From assembly GCF_032116555.1 (NCBI RefSeq), contig NZ_CP134950.1, positions 62,001 to 126,000 of the forward strand: a stretch of DNA of 64,000 nucleotides. Direction: 5' to 3'. The first letter of the stretch is position 1, and each line of letters starts with the position of its first letter. Origin of the DNA: Halorarum halobium (GTDB lineage Archaea; Halobacteriota; Halobacteria; Halobacteriales; Haloferacaceae). The notes beneath the pieces were generated by a model that made no database searches, was not told the DNA's origin, and was given only the letters and a program-made list of their open reading frames with translations. The translations under genes and the position numbers were made by a program. This document shows positions 28,009 to 38,386 of the stretch, one piece after another.

Positions 28009-28758
28009 ATGCGCGAACTCGTCTTCGCCCTCGAATACGAGCCCGGCTGCAACAGGGTGGCGGACGCCCTCGCCGACCACCCCGACGCTCGCGTTCGCTC
28101 GCTCTCGCTGCACGCCACTGCCGAGCAGCTCTGGCGGGTCGACCACGCCACCGGAACTCCTGAGGCGCTCGACGCCATCGAGGACGCCTTTCTCAACGGC
28201 GATTACTACGCTGACTGTCTCGCCACCGAGGACTGCAACGCCACACAGACCACCCGCGTCCTCGACCGCACGGACGACGCGCTCATCCTCTACTCAGATT
28301 GGGAGCGCACCCCTACCTGCGCCTCAGTCCCCCACATCGCTCGCGACCACCTCGGCGACGGCGTGCTGTTCGAGACTCGTCACGAGGGTCGCCACTACAC
28401 GTGGCGGCTCATCCACTCCGGCAATGGCGACGTGGCGGCGTTCTTCGACGCGCTAGAGGTCGCCGTCGGGGAGTGTGCACAAATGGAGATGCTCCGCACA
28501 GCGGACACGACGACAGCAGCTGGGGGACGCGACGGGACACCGAGCGGCCTCCCGCCAGCCCAGGAGGCCGCGCTTCAGGCCGCGGTCGAACACGGCTACT
28601 ACGAGTCACCCCGCGAGGTCGACGTCGGCGAACTCGCCGAGCATCTCGACGTGCCGCGGTCAACACTCACCTACCGACTCCGTCGGGCGGAAGAACATTT
28701 GGCGAAGCAACACGTCGCCGGCGAGCGGGTCACGGAAGAACGGCTGGCATCGCGCTAA
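28009..28758 (+). CDS. Bat-like HTH-10 transcriptional regulator
   Basis: Q..AL.AAVEHGYYESPR...ELAEHLDV.RST...RLRRAE. Confidence 0.9.
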   Translation: MRELVFALEYEPGCNRVADALADHPDARVRSLSLHATAEQLWRVDHATGTPEALDAIEDAFLNGDYYADCLATEDCNATQTTRVLDRTDDALILYSDWERTPTCASVPHIARDHLGDGVLFETRHEGRHYTWRLIHSGNGDVAAFFDALEVAVGECAQMEMLRTADTTTAAGGRDGTPSGLPPAQEAALQAAVEHGYYESPREVDVGELAEHLDVPRSTLTYRLRRAEEHLAKQHVAGERVTEERLASR

Positions 28759-28818
28759 CGCACGGGTTTGGAATATTCCAACAAAGACATATCGAACTCC
28801 CGCTCCTACCGTAAGGTG

Positions 28819-31185
28819 ATGGCAGAGAACCCGGATGCGGATACAACGGGGCCAGCGAGCGGCGGCGGGCAGCGACGGGAGCTGACCGCCCGCCTCACCG
28901 TCCCCGAGATGGACTGTCCCTCGTGTGCCCAAAAGGTCGACAAGAGCCTCCAGCGCGTCGACGGTGTCGTCGACGCCACGCTCCAACCGACAACCGGGAC
29001 AGCCAGCGTCACCTACGATTCCGACCGCACGACCGAGGCGGAGGTTGTTCAGGCAATCGAGAACGCAGGCTACGAGGTCGTCAACGGTGGACACAACACC
29101 GAAGAGACATCGGAAGGCGGGATGGAGATTGCTCCCCCGTCAGAGGTGTGGACGAGCCCGCGAGCGAAGAAGACGTGGATTGGAGCGGCGTTCCTCACCG
29201 TCGGGCTCCTCTTCGAGTTCCTCCTCGCAGGACAGAACATCGCCATCGCAAGTGTCCTCAACTACCCGCTTCACATTGCGGACGTACTCTTCCTCGTGGC
29301 AACCGTCGCCAGCGGCGTCCCGGTCGTCCGTAGCGGGTACTACTCCGCGAAGAACCGAAGCCTCGACATCGACCTACTGATGGGGACGGCGATCATCGCG
29401 GCGACCGGTATAGGCTACTTCGTCGAGGCCGCTACGCTGGCCGTCCTATTCAGCATCGCCGAGCTCCTCGAGGACTACGCGATGGACAGGGCACGGGACT
29501 CCCTGCGCGAGCTGATGGAACTCTCACCCGACGAGGCGACCGTCCTTCGCGATGGTGAGGAAGTGACCGTTCCCGCCGAGGAGGTCGACGTTGGCGAGGC
29601 CGTCGTCGTCCGCCCCGGCGACAAGATTCCGCTCGACGGAACGGTTATCGAAGGCGAGAGTGCAGTCGACCAGTCGCCGATAACGGGCGAGAGCGTCCCC
29701 GTCGACAAGACTGCCGGCGACGAGGTCTACGCCGGCGCGATCAACGAAGAGGGGTACCTCGAGGTAGAGGTCACCTCGACCGCTGGCGATTCGACGCTCT
29801 CGCGCATCATCGAGATGGTCCAGGGCGCACAGGCGAAGAAGACCGAGTCCGAGCAGTTCGTCGACCGCTTCTCCGGCTACTACACACCCCTCGTCGTCGT
29901 GCTGGCAATCCTGACCGCCGCTATCCCGCCGCTGGTTATCGCCGACCCCATCTCGGTCGACCTAGCCGGATACGGGTTCACCTTCGCGAGCGACTGGCAG
30001 ACGTGGTTCATCCGGGGGCTCACTCTGCTGGTGATCGCCTGCCCGTGTGCGTTCGTCATCTCCACACCCGTCTCGGTGGTGTCGGGCATCACCAGCGCCG
30101 CGAAGAACGGCGTCCTGATCAAGGGCGGCAACTACCTCGAAGCGATGGGCGAAGTGGATGCCGTCGCGCTCGACAAGACGGGGACGCTCACGAAGGGCGA
30201 ACTCGCCGTCACCGACGTGGTCCCGGTCGGTGACACCACGGAGGACGATCTGCTCCGTCGCGCCGCCGGGCTGGAGCGTCGCAGTGAACACCCCATCGCT
30301 GCGGCGATTCTCACCCGTGCTGAGGAGGCGGGCGTGGGCGACCTGCCCGACCCGAGTGGCTTCGAGAGCCTCACCGGAAAGGGCATCAGCGGGGAGATTG
30401 ATGGCGAGACGTACTACGCGGGCAAGCCCGCGCTCTTCGAGGAGCTGGGCTTCGACCTCGCTCGAGCACGCCGCGAGACGGACGGCGGCGTCGTGGCGGA
30501 AGAGGCGGCCGAGGCCGACGACGGGGCGTTCGCCGAGAATGCACTCACCGCGCTGGAGCGGGAGGGCAAGACGGTCGTTATCGTCGGGACGGAGTCGGAA
30601 CTGCTGGGTGCGATCGCCATCGCCGACGAGGTGCGCCCGGCCTCGAAGTGGGCCGTCGAACGCCTGCACGAGCTGGGCGTCGAGCGCGTGGTGATGCTCA
30701 CCGGCGACAACGAGGGCACCGCCCGCGCCATCGCCGAGCAGGTCGGTGTCGATGAGTATCGCGCAGAACTCCTGCCCGACGAGAAGGTCGACGCTGTCGA
30801 GGAGTTACAGGCGGAGTACGGTGAGGTCGCGATGGTCGGTGACGGCATCAACGACGCGCCCGCGCTCGCCACCGCGGAGGTCGGCATCGCGATGGGCGCG
30901 GCCGGCACCGACACCGCTCTTGAGACGGCCGATATTGCGTTGATGGGCGACGACGTCGGGAAACTCCCGTATCTGTACGATCTGTCGCATACGGCCAACG
31001 GCGTGATCCGGCAGAACATCTGGGCGAGTCTCGGCGTGAAGTTCCTGCTCGCGCTGGGCGTGCCACTGGGGCTGGTCAGCGTTGCGTTGGCGGTCGTTGT
31101 CGGTGATATGGGGATGAGCCTCGGTGTCACTGGGAACGCGATGCGATTGTCGCGAATCGAGCCCGACCGGTTCTCCGACACCTGA
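28819..31185 (+). CDS. zntA: Heavy-metal (Zn/Cd/Pb) P1B-type ATPase
   Basis: MDCPSC HMA domain, TGES, CPC, DKTGT, SEHP, GDGINDAP. Confidence 0.93.
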   Translation: MAENPDADTTGPASGGGQRRELTARLTVPEMDCPSCAQKVDKSLQRVDGVVDATLQPTTGTASVTYDSDRTTEAEVVQAIENAGYEVVNGGHNTEETSEGGMEIAPPSEVWTSPRAKKTWIGAAFLTVGLLFEFLLAGQNIAIASVLNYPLHIADVLFLVATVASGVPVVRSGYYSAKNRSLDIDLLMGTAIIAATGIGYFVEAATLAVLFSIAELLEDYAMDRARDSLRELMELSPDEATVLRDGEEVTVPAEEVDVGEAVVVRPGDKIPLDGTVIEGESAVDQSPITGESVPVDKTAGDEVYAGAINEEGYLEVEVTSTAGDSTLSRIIEMVQGAQAKKTESEQFVDRFSGYYTPLVVVLAILTAAIPPLVIADPISVDLAGYGFTFASDWQTWFIRGLTLLVIACPCAFVISTPVSVVSGITSAAKNGVLIKGGNYLEAMGEVDAVALDKTGTLTKGELAVTDVVPVGDTTEDDLLRRAAGLERRSEHPIAAAILTRAEEAGVGDLPDPSGFESLTGKGISGEIDGETYYAGKPALFEELGFDLARARRETDGGVVAEEAAEADDGAFAENALTALEREGKTVVIVGTESELLGAIAIADEVRPASKWAVERLHELGVERVVMLTGDNEGTARAIAEQVGVDEYRAELLPDEKVDAVEELQAEYGEVAMVGDGINDAPALATAEVGIAMGAAGTDTALETADIALMGDDVGKLPYLYDLSHTANGVIRQNIWASLGVKFLLALGVPLGLVSVALAVVVGDMGMSLGVTGNAMRLSRIEPDRFSDT

Positions 31186-31307
31186 CTCTGCACGCGGAAA
31201 GTGCGGTCAGGACGCTCCTCTTTCGCGACTTTCCTTCGCTATATCGAGACAATTTGCAGTTTGTCTGGGGCAGTAGAGACTGAGCCCCTCCGTAGGCTCG
31301 TGATTGG

Positions 31308-31730
31308 ATGCCCGAGAAACCAGACGACGACCCATTCCACGATTGCGAGTTCGGTCCCGACGCAGTCCTCGGGACCCGCACCTTCCACGATGTCCTGTTC
31401 ACCGACGACACGGAGACACCGGTGAACGTGCTGACCGGCGAGACGCCCGCACATTCGCAAGCAACCGTCGAGGAAGCGAAGGCGTTCGCTGCGAGTATCG
31501 ATACGGACACACCACAAATCGCGCTCCCGGCCTCTGTCGAGACGCAGATCGAAACCCAGAGCAAACCCTACACCTCGGCTGCGTTCTTCCACTTCAAGGC
31601 GACCGGGTCGCTCGAACTGCACCGTGCCTACCACGCCGCCTACGACTCCGACGCGTTTAGCGTCGACTTCGAGGCCGACTACGAGTCGGGCGACCTGACG
31701 ATCACCGTCGAGCAGACAGGCGATTCCTGA
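31308..31730 (+). CDS. Hypothetical protein
   Basis: Acidic 140-aa ORF. Confidence 0.7.
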   Translation: MPEKPDDDPFHDCEFGPDAVLGTRTFHDVLFTDDTETPVNVLTGETPAHSQATVEEAKAFAASIDTDTPQIALPASVETQIETQSKPYTSAAFFHFKATGSLELHRAYHAAYDSDAFSVDFEADYESGDLTITVEQTGDS

Positions 31731-31837
31731 ACGCGATCTCGCGAAGCGAGTTTTTCGAGCGCCGGCGATGGGTGCCGGCGCACCGAACAGACAGTGTCGA
31801 GCAGCGCCCGGTGAGTCGGCGTTCCGAGGTGAACCAG

Positions 31838-32338
31838 ATGCATATGGTCATCTACGCGTTAGTCGAGGCACCGACACAGCACGACGCCCTGGTCGAAGGA
31901 AAAGCAGTCTTCGACCGTCTCGTCGGCGCGAATCCCCACGGCTGCGCCGTGTTTGATTACTACTGCACCTTCGACGAAGAGGATACCACGGTAGCTGGGA
32001 AGGCTCGCTGGGGAGACCTACCGACTGCAGCACCCATCAATTCAGAGGAGGGCGGTGAACTGCTCGATCGAGCCTGGAACGCCACAAAGGAAGAGTTCCA
32101 GCGGAATCTCGACCGCGTGAAGGAGGCGCTCGACGAGCTCAGCGACGAGGCGATCATGCGCGACGAGGACCTCGCCCGCCACGCCTTCCACCAGGTCGGC
32201 GCGTACGACGGGCCCTCCATCCCGATGTACGACCAGCACGCGATGGGGATTCGCCACCGCGATCAGCTCGATCGTGTCCTCGAGGAAGTCGAGGACAGCC
32301 AGACGCTCTGGATCGTCCCCGCAGACGTTCACTTCTGA
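31838..32338 (+). CDS. Hypothetical protein
   Basis: MHMVIYALVEA...VPADVHF; GAGGTGA SD; hairpin element 31750-31781. Confidence 0.75.
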   Translation: MHMVIYALVEAPTQHDALVEGKAVFDRLVGANPHGCAVFDYYCTFDEEDTTVAGKARWGDLPTAAPINSEEGGELLDRAWNATKEEFQRNLDRVKEALDELSDEAIMRDEDLARHAFHQVGAYDGPSIPMYDQHAMGIRHRDQLDRVLEEVEDSQTLWIVPADVHF

Positions 32339-32344
32339 TTGACA

Positions 32345-32710
32345 ATGCCCAGAATCACCAACTGGTCCCGGGAGAGTCGTACGCCAACACTTGCGTATCG
32401 TAACACCGAGACCGGTGCCCGAGCCGTGCTACACCGGGCTCCGGACTCCTATCGATACAAGTGGCGGGGAGCGATCCTCGTCGACGGCTATCCGGTCTGG
32501 TCGCGAGGCTTCGAGACGAAGGAGGCGACAACGTTCCGGGATGCGCTTCGAGAGCGGCCAGCGCCCGAACTGAACTGTTCGGAGTGTCCGAACAACGACG
32601 TCCTCGTCGGCGAGAAGGCAGCAGACGGGGCGAAGGTCCAGCGCTGGTACAACTGCCCGGACTGTGGGTACGAAGCCCCCTCACGTATCGTCTACGGCCC
32701 TGAACGCTGA
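32345..32710 (+). CDS. Zinc-ribbon hypothetical protein
   Basis: CSEC...CPDCG. Confidence 0.7.
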   Translation: MPRITNWSRESRTPTLAYRNTETGARAVLHRAPDSYRYKWRGAILVDGYPVWSRGFETKEATTFRDALRERPAPELNCSECPNNDVLVGEKAADGAKVQRWYNCPDCGYEAPSRIVYGPER

Positions 32711-32782
32711 AAACGGACGCACGTAGGGTGTTTTTCGGCCGGGGCGGAGAGAGTGACCCGGTCGAACCGGGTCGGCCCAACA

Positions 32783-33178
32783 ATGAGTCTTGAAGTACTC
32801 GACCGACACAGCGAGGCACTGTTCGAGTTCCTCTGGTGCCCCGTCTGCGGTCAGGAATTGTTCACCCACATTCCCTTCGAGGGAGTGTTCTGCAAGAACT
32901 GCAATACGCAGGTCGTCCTCCGAGAGTCCCAAGAAAACCGTGGCTACGAGGAGGCTGTGCTCGCGTGCTTCGACACCGACTCGACGTGGAACCTTCACGT
33001 CGACGAGAAGCTCCGTCGCGACCTGCCTGACGGCTCGGCACGGGTGAAAATCCTCGGCGCACCGGGGGCCTACAAAGTCGACTGGTGGAGTCCAGCACCT
33101 GGGGAGGATTGGGAGCCGGTCAAGCGCGGAGAGTTCGACGATGTCGAGGAGCCTAAGGAGGTCTCCCACCTAGCGTAA
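32783..33178 (+). CDS. Zinc-ribbon hypothetical protein
   Basis: CPVCG...CKNC; hairpin element 32729-32764. Confidence 0.75.
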   Translation: MSLEVLDRHSEALFEFLWCPVCGQELFTHIPFEGVFCKNCNTQVVLRESQENRGYEEAVLACFDTDSTWNLHVDEKLRRDLPDGSARVKILGAPGAYKVDWWSPAPGEDWEPVKRGEFDDVEEPKEVSHLA

Positions 33179-33244
33179 CGAGAAAATTTTCGTTGTGAGA
33201 TTGAGAGGACCACTTATCGGAGTAGAGGGTGTAAGTGGGAGTGT

Positions 33245-33565
33245 ATGCCTGAAGAAGTCCTGTTCAAATCCGAGAGTGCCCAGAACCGAGACGAAATCGC
33301 GTCGTACCTTCGGAACGTCGCCGAAAAGCTCGAGCAAGGAGATTCCATCACCCTGAGGGCGGGGGAAGAGTCCGTCACGATGGACCCCCCGGGACGTCCG
33401 ACATTCGAAGTCAAAGCCGAACGGGAAGGGCCGGCCGATGGCCCCGGTGAGCTAAGCATCGAATTCGAACTCGAATGGGATGAGAACAGTAAGAGTGCTG
33501 AGGGGGCTCAGATAGTCTCGAGATCGAATAAACACAGGAAGACCAACGCAACCGGCTACGACTGA
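33245..33565 (+). CDS. Amphi-Trp domain protein
   Basis: R.EIA.YLR.VA..L...LSIEFELEW. Confidence 0.8.
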   Translation: MPEEVLFKSESAQNRDEIASYLRNVAEKLEQGDSITLRAGEESVTMDPPGRPTFEVKAEREGPADGPGELSIEFELEWDENSKSAEGAQIVSRSNKHRKTNATGYD

Positions 33566-34425
33566 TCGTGGACGGTGATAACCGGCACAGGTGCTGATCG
33601 GACCGTCTTTTCCGCGACACTCCCGAGAAGAACTCGATCGACGCCACGGCGGCCACTAGCCCCCATCACGACGGCATGGACCTCATTCGTTTCAATATGT
33701 TCACGGATCATTTCCGCAGGCGACCCATGTTCGACGTACGTTTGGACGGATGCCAGATCGTGTTCATCGGCTTTCGTGGCCACCTCCTCGACAGCCTCTA
33801 CTGCCGGTCGCTCGAGTTCGTCATCTGAAAGCACAGAGCGCACGTCAGGGCCCAGCGATGTAACATCCACGACAGAAAGGATGTGGACAGTGGCGTCAAG
33901 CGCCGCCGCAAGTGTCAGCCCATGCTTGGCGGCAGCAGTCGAAGCAGGACTCCCATCGGTCGGGATAAGAATATTCTCGTACGGGAATGCTAGCTGCTCA
34001 TCAGATTGCATTCGAGCGGTCAGAACGGGGACATCGGACAAGCGCACCACTTTCTCCGTGACGCTTCCAAGGAGATAGCGTGAGATGCCGGTCCGGCCGT
34101 GGGTGGGCAAGACGATTAGGTCGTGGTCGTATCGCTCGGCGTAGTCGACAATTGTTGGTGCTGGGCTGCCCTGAACGACGTCGGTGTCGTGCTCGACACC
34201 GAGAGTTTCGAGCGTCTCCGCGACATCCGCGACGATCGTCTCTCCCTCCTGTTCCAGTGCATCAACGACGGTCCCGTCGACAACAGTGACGCTGTCCTGA
34301 GTCGTATCGGCAACGAACAGCAGCTGAATCGTCGTCCCGGTCCACTGCGCGAGCTCGGCCGCATGATGGACGATTTTGGCTGCGTGTTCGCTGCCGTCAA
34401 CTGGGAGGAGAATCGAATCGTACAT
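33556..34425 (-). CDS. Universal stress protein, two USP domains
   Basis: ILLPVDGS / ILIPTDGS, G..GR.G..R.LLGSV.EK.VR twice. Confidence 0.93.
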   Translation of the reverse strand: MYDSILLPVDGSEHAAKIVHHAAELAQWTGTTIQLLFVADTTQDSVTVVDGTVVDALEQEGETIVADVAETLETLGVEHDTDVVQGSPAPTIVDYAERYDHDLIVLPTHGRTGISRYLLGSVTEKVVRLSDVPVLTARMQSDEQLAFPYENILIPTDGSPASTAAAKHGLTLAAALDATVHILSVVDVTSLGPDVRSVLSDDELERPAVEAVEEVATKADEHDLASVQTYVEHGSPAEMIREHIETNEVHAVVMGASGRRGVDRVLLGSVAEKTVRSAPVPVITVHDQS

Positions 34426-34786
34426 GTCACTACCGGCCGCTACGGTGAACAGTCACAAAGGAGTTCCCACGGCACGTACCTTACCGGTGACCGACAGACA
34501 TCACCTGCATTCGGCAACAGAGCGGCGAGAATCGTTCTACGATGTAGTCCCCACTGGGGACCCATACACAGTTGATTCAGTGACGAGTGGGCTCTCCAAT
34601 CTCGAACTGCCGACTTCGTCACGTCTCCAGCAACACCAATGGAGCTCCGGACTCTCTCGACGTGTTCATCGTACGCCCTATCATCGCCGTAGCGAGAAAG
34701 GGACAAGATCCTAACGGGTGCCGTGAAGGCGCCTGTTTATTCTGCGCCGGCGATGGGTGCCGGCGCACACGCGCCGGCGAGTACCG

Positions 34787-35356
34787 ATGTCGACACGGAG
34801 CCAACTCCGATTCGTCCAACGAGTCGAACAGCCCGGTGAGACGGATGGCGGCGCCGACCGCGTCGCGCAGGTGTATCGGCATTCGGATGGCTACCCGGGG
34901 AGCGTCCTCCGGGACCTCGCACAGCTGAAAGAGCTGCTCGATGCGACCCGTGCCGAGCGCGGACCGGGCTACACGGCCGCGACGTTCGTGTTCCTCGACA
35001 AGCTCTCGACGGTCGGCCTCTATCTGGATGGCGACCCAGAGCGAACGATCGACGCAGCCCAGCCCGCTGACCTCCTCGAGCCGGCCAACATGGAGCATCT
35101 CGACCAGCCGCTGTTCCTGCTGGGCCACGGTATCGAGGCTCCTGCTGACGGCATTCACGGCGACGAGGAGTACCTCTATGTGGTGGAGCTCCCGACGGAG
35201 AACCCGTTCGACGAGCCCGCCGAGTGGACCGTCAAGGTGAGCGGTCACTCTGCATTCCCCCGCTGGGACGGGCCGACTGACGAGGCTTTCGAACGGGCAA
35301 CCTGGCAATTCCGCGGCCCGCTCGAGGACGCACTCACCGACCTCGTCACCGAATAG
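34787..35356 (+). CDS. Hypothetical protein of the YxHxDGYP family
   Basis: MSTRSQLRF...VYRHSDGYP...HGDEEYLY; hairpin element 34734-34767. Confidence 0.75.
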   Translation: MSTRSQLRFVQRVEQPGETDGGADRVAQVYRHSDGYPGSVLRDLAQLKELLDATRAERGPGYTAATFVFLDKLSTVGLYLDGDPERTIDAAQPADLLEPANMEHLDQPLFLLGHGIEAPADGIHGDEEYLYVVELPTENPFDEPAEWTVKVSGHSAFPRWDGPTDEAFERATWQFRGPLEDALTDLVTE

Positions 35357-35417
35357 GAACTTCGTAAACCTAAATACAGAAACGTATTTATACGAGTGGG
35401 TGTTAGAGTATACACAG

Positions 35418-36368
35418 ATGATTTCGAAGGCCGGACTCGCTGTGATCGACGCCCTGAGTACCGGTCGCGAGGCGACACCAGGAGCCCTCGCAACAGAAAC
35501 CGGGTATTCACAGCCACACATCTACGAGGTGCTCGATGACTTGCTGGACGCGGGGCTCGTGGTCGAACGCCGTGGCCCCAACAACCAGCGGCACGTCCGT
35601 GTCGCCGACCACCCGGTCATTGAAGCGTACCGGACGCTGCAGTCGGAACTCAGCCACGTTGATTGGGCTGCCCTCCTCTCGCCTGCCACCCTCCAGGTGT
35701 GCTGGTTTCTCGACGAGCCCCGCCGCGTCTCCGCGATTGCAGCACGACTCGAGATTACGCGACAAGGCGTTCACAAAGCGCTGTCACCGCTCAAAAATCG
35801 GGCGATGCTGTCCCCGTCCGGCCCCGAGTATGCGGTGAGCGAGGACCTCGCACCGCTGCTGGCGTTCGCGCAGGCCGTCGTGACCCACGAGCACCGAACG
35901 CGAGCCCGAAAGCTCGCGCCGAGCGCAACTGTCGAATGGTGCGACCCGAAGCGTGCGCTCGTCCGCGTGCAGACCGCCGAGGATACAGACGCACTACTGG
36001 ACGCCCCTGAGTGGCAGGTGTCCGGACTCGGTCGCTTCGAGGAGTACGGCCTGCAGTTCTTCCTTGCAGGTGAGCCCGCGTTCTGGTATGCACCCGACGA
36101 GGAACTCACGCCCACCGACGTGGTGTGTCACACGCTCGTCCTCGATAGCGGCTCCCGCCGCGTTAGTTATGCAATGCTGTTGATCGAAAAGCTGGACATC
36201 GACCAGGAGACGCTCACAGACACTGCAACGTGGTACGATCTGGAATCTACGATCGCGGCGATGTACCAGGCACTGCAGGGAGGGGTTGAGGACGCGGATG
36301 AGTTCCCTGTCGTCCTTCCAAGTGAAACAGAATTTATGGCGCTCAAAGAGCAGTACGGGGTCGTATGA
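35418..36368 (+). CDS. Double winged-HTH protein, putative antitoxin/regulator of an AbiE-like pair
   Basis: Two HTH segments; ATGA overlap with nucleotidyltransferase. Confidence 0.7.
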   Translation: MISKAGLAVIDALSTGREATPGALATETGYSQPHIYEVLDDLLDAGLVVERRGPNNQRHVRVADHPVIEAYRTLQSELSHVDWAALLSPATLQVCWFLDEPRRVSAIAARLEITRQGVHKALSPLKNRAMLSPSGPEYAVSEDLAPLLAFAQAVVTHEHRTRARKLAPSATVEWCDPKRALVRVQTAEDTDALLDAPEWQVSGLGRFEEYGLQFFLAGEPAFWYAPDEELTPTDVVCHTLVLDSGSRRVSYAMLLIEKLDIDQETLTDTATWYDLESTIAAMYQALQGGVEDADEFPVVLPSETEFMALKEQYGVV

Positions 36369-37234
36369 CTGTATTCACGGGTGGCGAGGCGATCAAAGAG
36401 TTCCTCGAGGAGTTCGATAGCTGGCTGTCGGAGTCCGCGACGGTGTATCTCCTTGGCGGATCGGCGATGACGGTCCGAGGATTGAAAGATCAAACCGAAG
36501 ATATCGATCTCGCAGTGGGTGTAGTGTCCGAATTCGAGCACGTCTACCAGACGCTCACGTCGCAGGGATTCACGGTTGTCGACGAACCAACGGAGTCGTT
36601 CGAAGGCGTCGGAAAAACCGTCGAACTGCATTACGAAGATCGCGGGTTTCGGATCGACCTCTTCGAACGGCAGATCGTCGGGAAAGTCTGGATCACCGAC
36701 CGGATGCACGACCGGGCCGAAGAGTTCTGGACCGGGCGTTACGTAACTGCGTTCATTCTCTCGGATGAGGATATGTTCCTGCTGAAAGCAGTCTCCGGCG
36801 GGGACCTCGCGAGTGGCCGGCGCCGCGACATCGAGGATATGCGGAAATACGCCCAGCGTGGGCTGGACTACGAATCGATTCTGACCGAGATCGACGAACA
36901 GCGACCATTCAACACCGGATCCACGGAAGCACAGCAGATCCGTGATCGTTCGCATCCGCTGTTCACGGTCGAGATGGCGGTGAATTCGCTCTCGGGACTG
37001 CCGAACACATTCACCTCCCGTATCGAAGCATTTGCGACAGAGTTCGAGATCGAATACACTGTTCTGGGAGCAGTCGACGACGGCATCGACACCGTCGACG
37101 CCATCCGGGAGCGAGTCCTTGCGAATGTGCGAGCGTTGTCGGACGACCAGGAAGATGCCGTCAACGACGCGATAGACCGACTCGTTGCAAAGAAGGTTCT
37201 CAAGCGCGACGGGGATACGATTCAGCTTCGGTAA
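36365..37234 (+). CDS. DUF6036/AbiEii-like nucleotidyltransferase (putative toxin) with C-terminal wHTH
   Basis: LLGGSAM...TEDIDL...IDLF...LLKA...RDIED. Confidence 0.8.
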   Translation: MTVFTGGEAIKEFLEEFDSWLSESATVYLLGGSAMTVRGLKDQTEDIDLAVGVVSEFEHVYQTLTSQGFTVVDEPTESFEGVGKTVELHYEDRGFRIDLFERQIVGKVWITDRMHDRAEEFWTGRYVTAFILSDEDMFLLKAVSGGDLASGRRRDIEDMRKYAQRGLDYESILTEIDEQRPFNTGSTEAQQIRDRSHPLFTVEMAVNSLSGLPNTFTSRIEAFATEFEIEYTVLGAVDDGIDTVDAIRERVLANVRALSDDQEDAVNDAIDRLVAKKVLKRDGDTIQLR

Positions 37235-37310
37235 GACGACACGCCGACTCCGGAGTGTATTTTCCCGTCCCACAAGGGGTGCGGGACGGCACGACCGTCC
37301 CGGGTCATCG

Positions 37311-37757
37311 ATGAGTTCTGCAAGCGACAGCGAAAACGCACCTGATCACTGGTGGCTGTATCGCCGAACAGACGACGAGCACTTCGTCTTCGCATACGAG
37401 TTCTCGAAGTCCGTCCTCTGCCACGTTCAGCGACCCTCGGACTGGCTGGTCCGGGTCGACCGGGCTGATGGGACGATCCTCTTCAGCCAGCACGACCTCC
37501 AGTCGCGAGCAGCGGCGTTCGACCTCGCCGAGAGCGTCATGGAGCTCTGTACGATGCTTCATCGGGAGGTCGTCACGGAGCGGAGCCAAGCGCGAAAGCC
37601 GATGTACGTCGGTCCCCGACCAGCGGGGGGTGCAAACGCGAGGACTTGGGGGACTGGCCATAGTCCAGACACCGCCCATCGTCCATCCGATTCCCGTCCA
37701 CGGCATCCACCGGGGCGACCGAAAGAATTCGGACGGCGATGGAGTGGCTACCGATGA
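37311..37757 (+). CDS. Hypothetical protein; 3' end possibly frameshifted in a G-run near 37625
   Basis: ATG after hairpin element 37256-37289; C-terminal part loses acidic composition. Confidence 0.5.
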   Translation: MSSASDSENAPDHWWLYRRTDDEHFVFAYEFSKSVLCHVQRPSDWLVRVDRADGTILFSQHDLQSRAAAFDLAESVMELCTMLHREVVTERSQARKPMYVGPRPAGGANARTWGTGHSPDTAHRPSDSRPRHPPGRPKEFGRRWSGYR

Positions 37758-38308
37758 CTGCCGGCCGAGCATACCGAGGTGAGCGCTGTATGGGCGGACA
37801 GCTGGTGTACACGCCCGATGGCGATGTGCTGGACAAGCACCTCCACGTCCTGCGGCGCGCCCCTGGTGGATTCGACTGGGGGCCGGAGGCCGACGAGGCA
37901 CGCATCGATCAGCTCGCGATAGCACTGCTGGCCGATTCAGCGACGAAGAACATCGCGCTCGACCACTACAAGGAGTTCGCTCAGTACCTGCGTGAAGAGC
38001 TCGCGGGTGACGAGTGGCGACTCCCAACTAGCGACATTTCGTCAGATACCTGGTCGCGAGCCATCCACGTCGCCGATGAGATGCCGTCACCGGAGGACGT
38101 CGACATCACGGCGGTCGATTTCGACGGGATAACCTTCGCGGTCGAGCGAGCGCTCTGCGAGAAGCACGACATCAGCGTCCACCAGAGCGTCGACAATCGC
38201 CGCGAGAAACTGGTGGCCGCTCGCCAGGCAGTCCAATCAGAAACCACCGACTCGGAGGAGTCACGGAGCGACACTGACGGCTTCGAGTTCCCCGCAGCTA
38301 GCCAGTAG
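37754..38308 (+). CDS. DUF6166-like protein, paralog 1
   Basis: PGGFDWG...QLAIALLAD. Confidence 0.65.
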   Translation: MTAGRAYRGERCMGGQLVYTPDGDVLDKHLHVLRRAPGGFDWGPEADEARIDQLAIALLADSATKNIALDHYKEFAQYLREELAGDEWRLPTSDISSDTWSRAIHVADEMPSPEDVDITAVDFDGITFAVERALCEKHDISVHQSVDNRREKLVAARQAVQSETTDSEESRSDTDGFEFPAASQ

Positions 38309-38386
38309 GGACGGTGAGGGCGTTTCCGGTTCTGTTTGTAGAACCCCCGAGAGGGGTGCGGGGGTTACCACTCCCGCGACGTACCG

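Noticed and set aside
34440..34706. 88-aa minus-strand ORF upstream of usp
   Set aside because: Non-acidic, no motif; probably promoter or degraded DNA.
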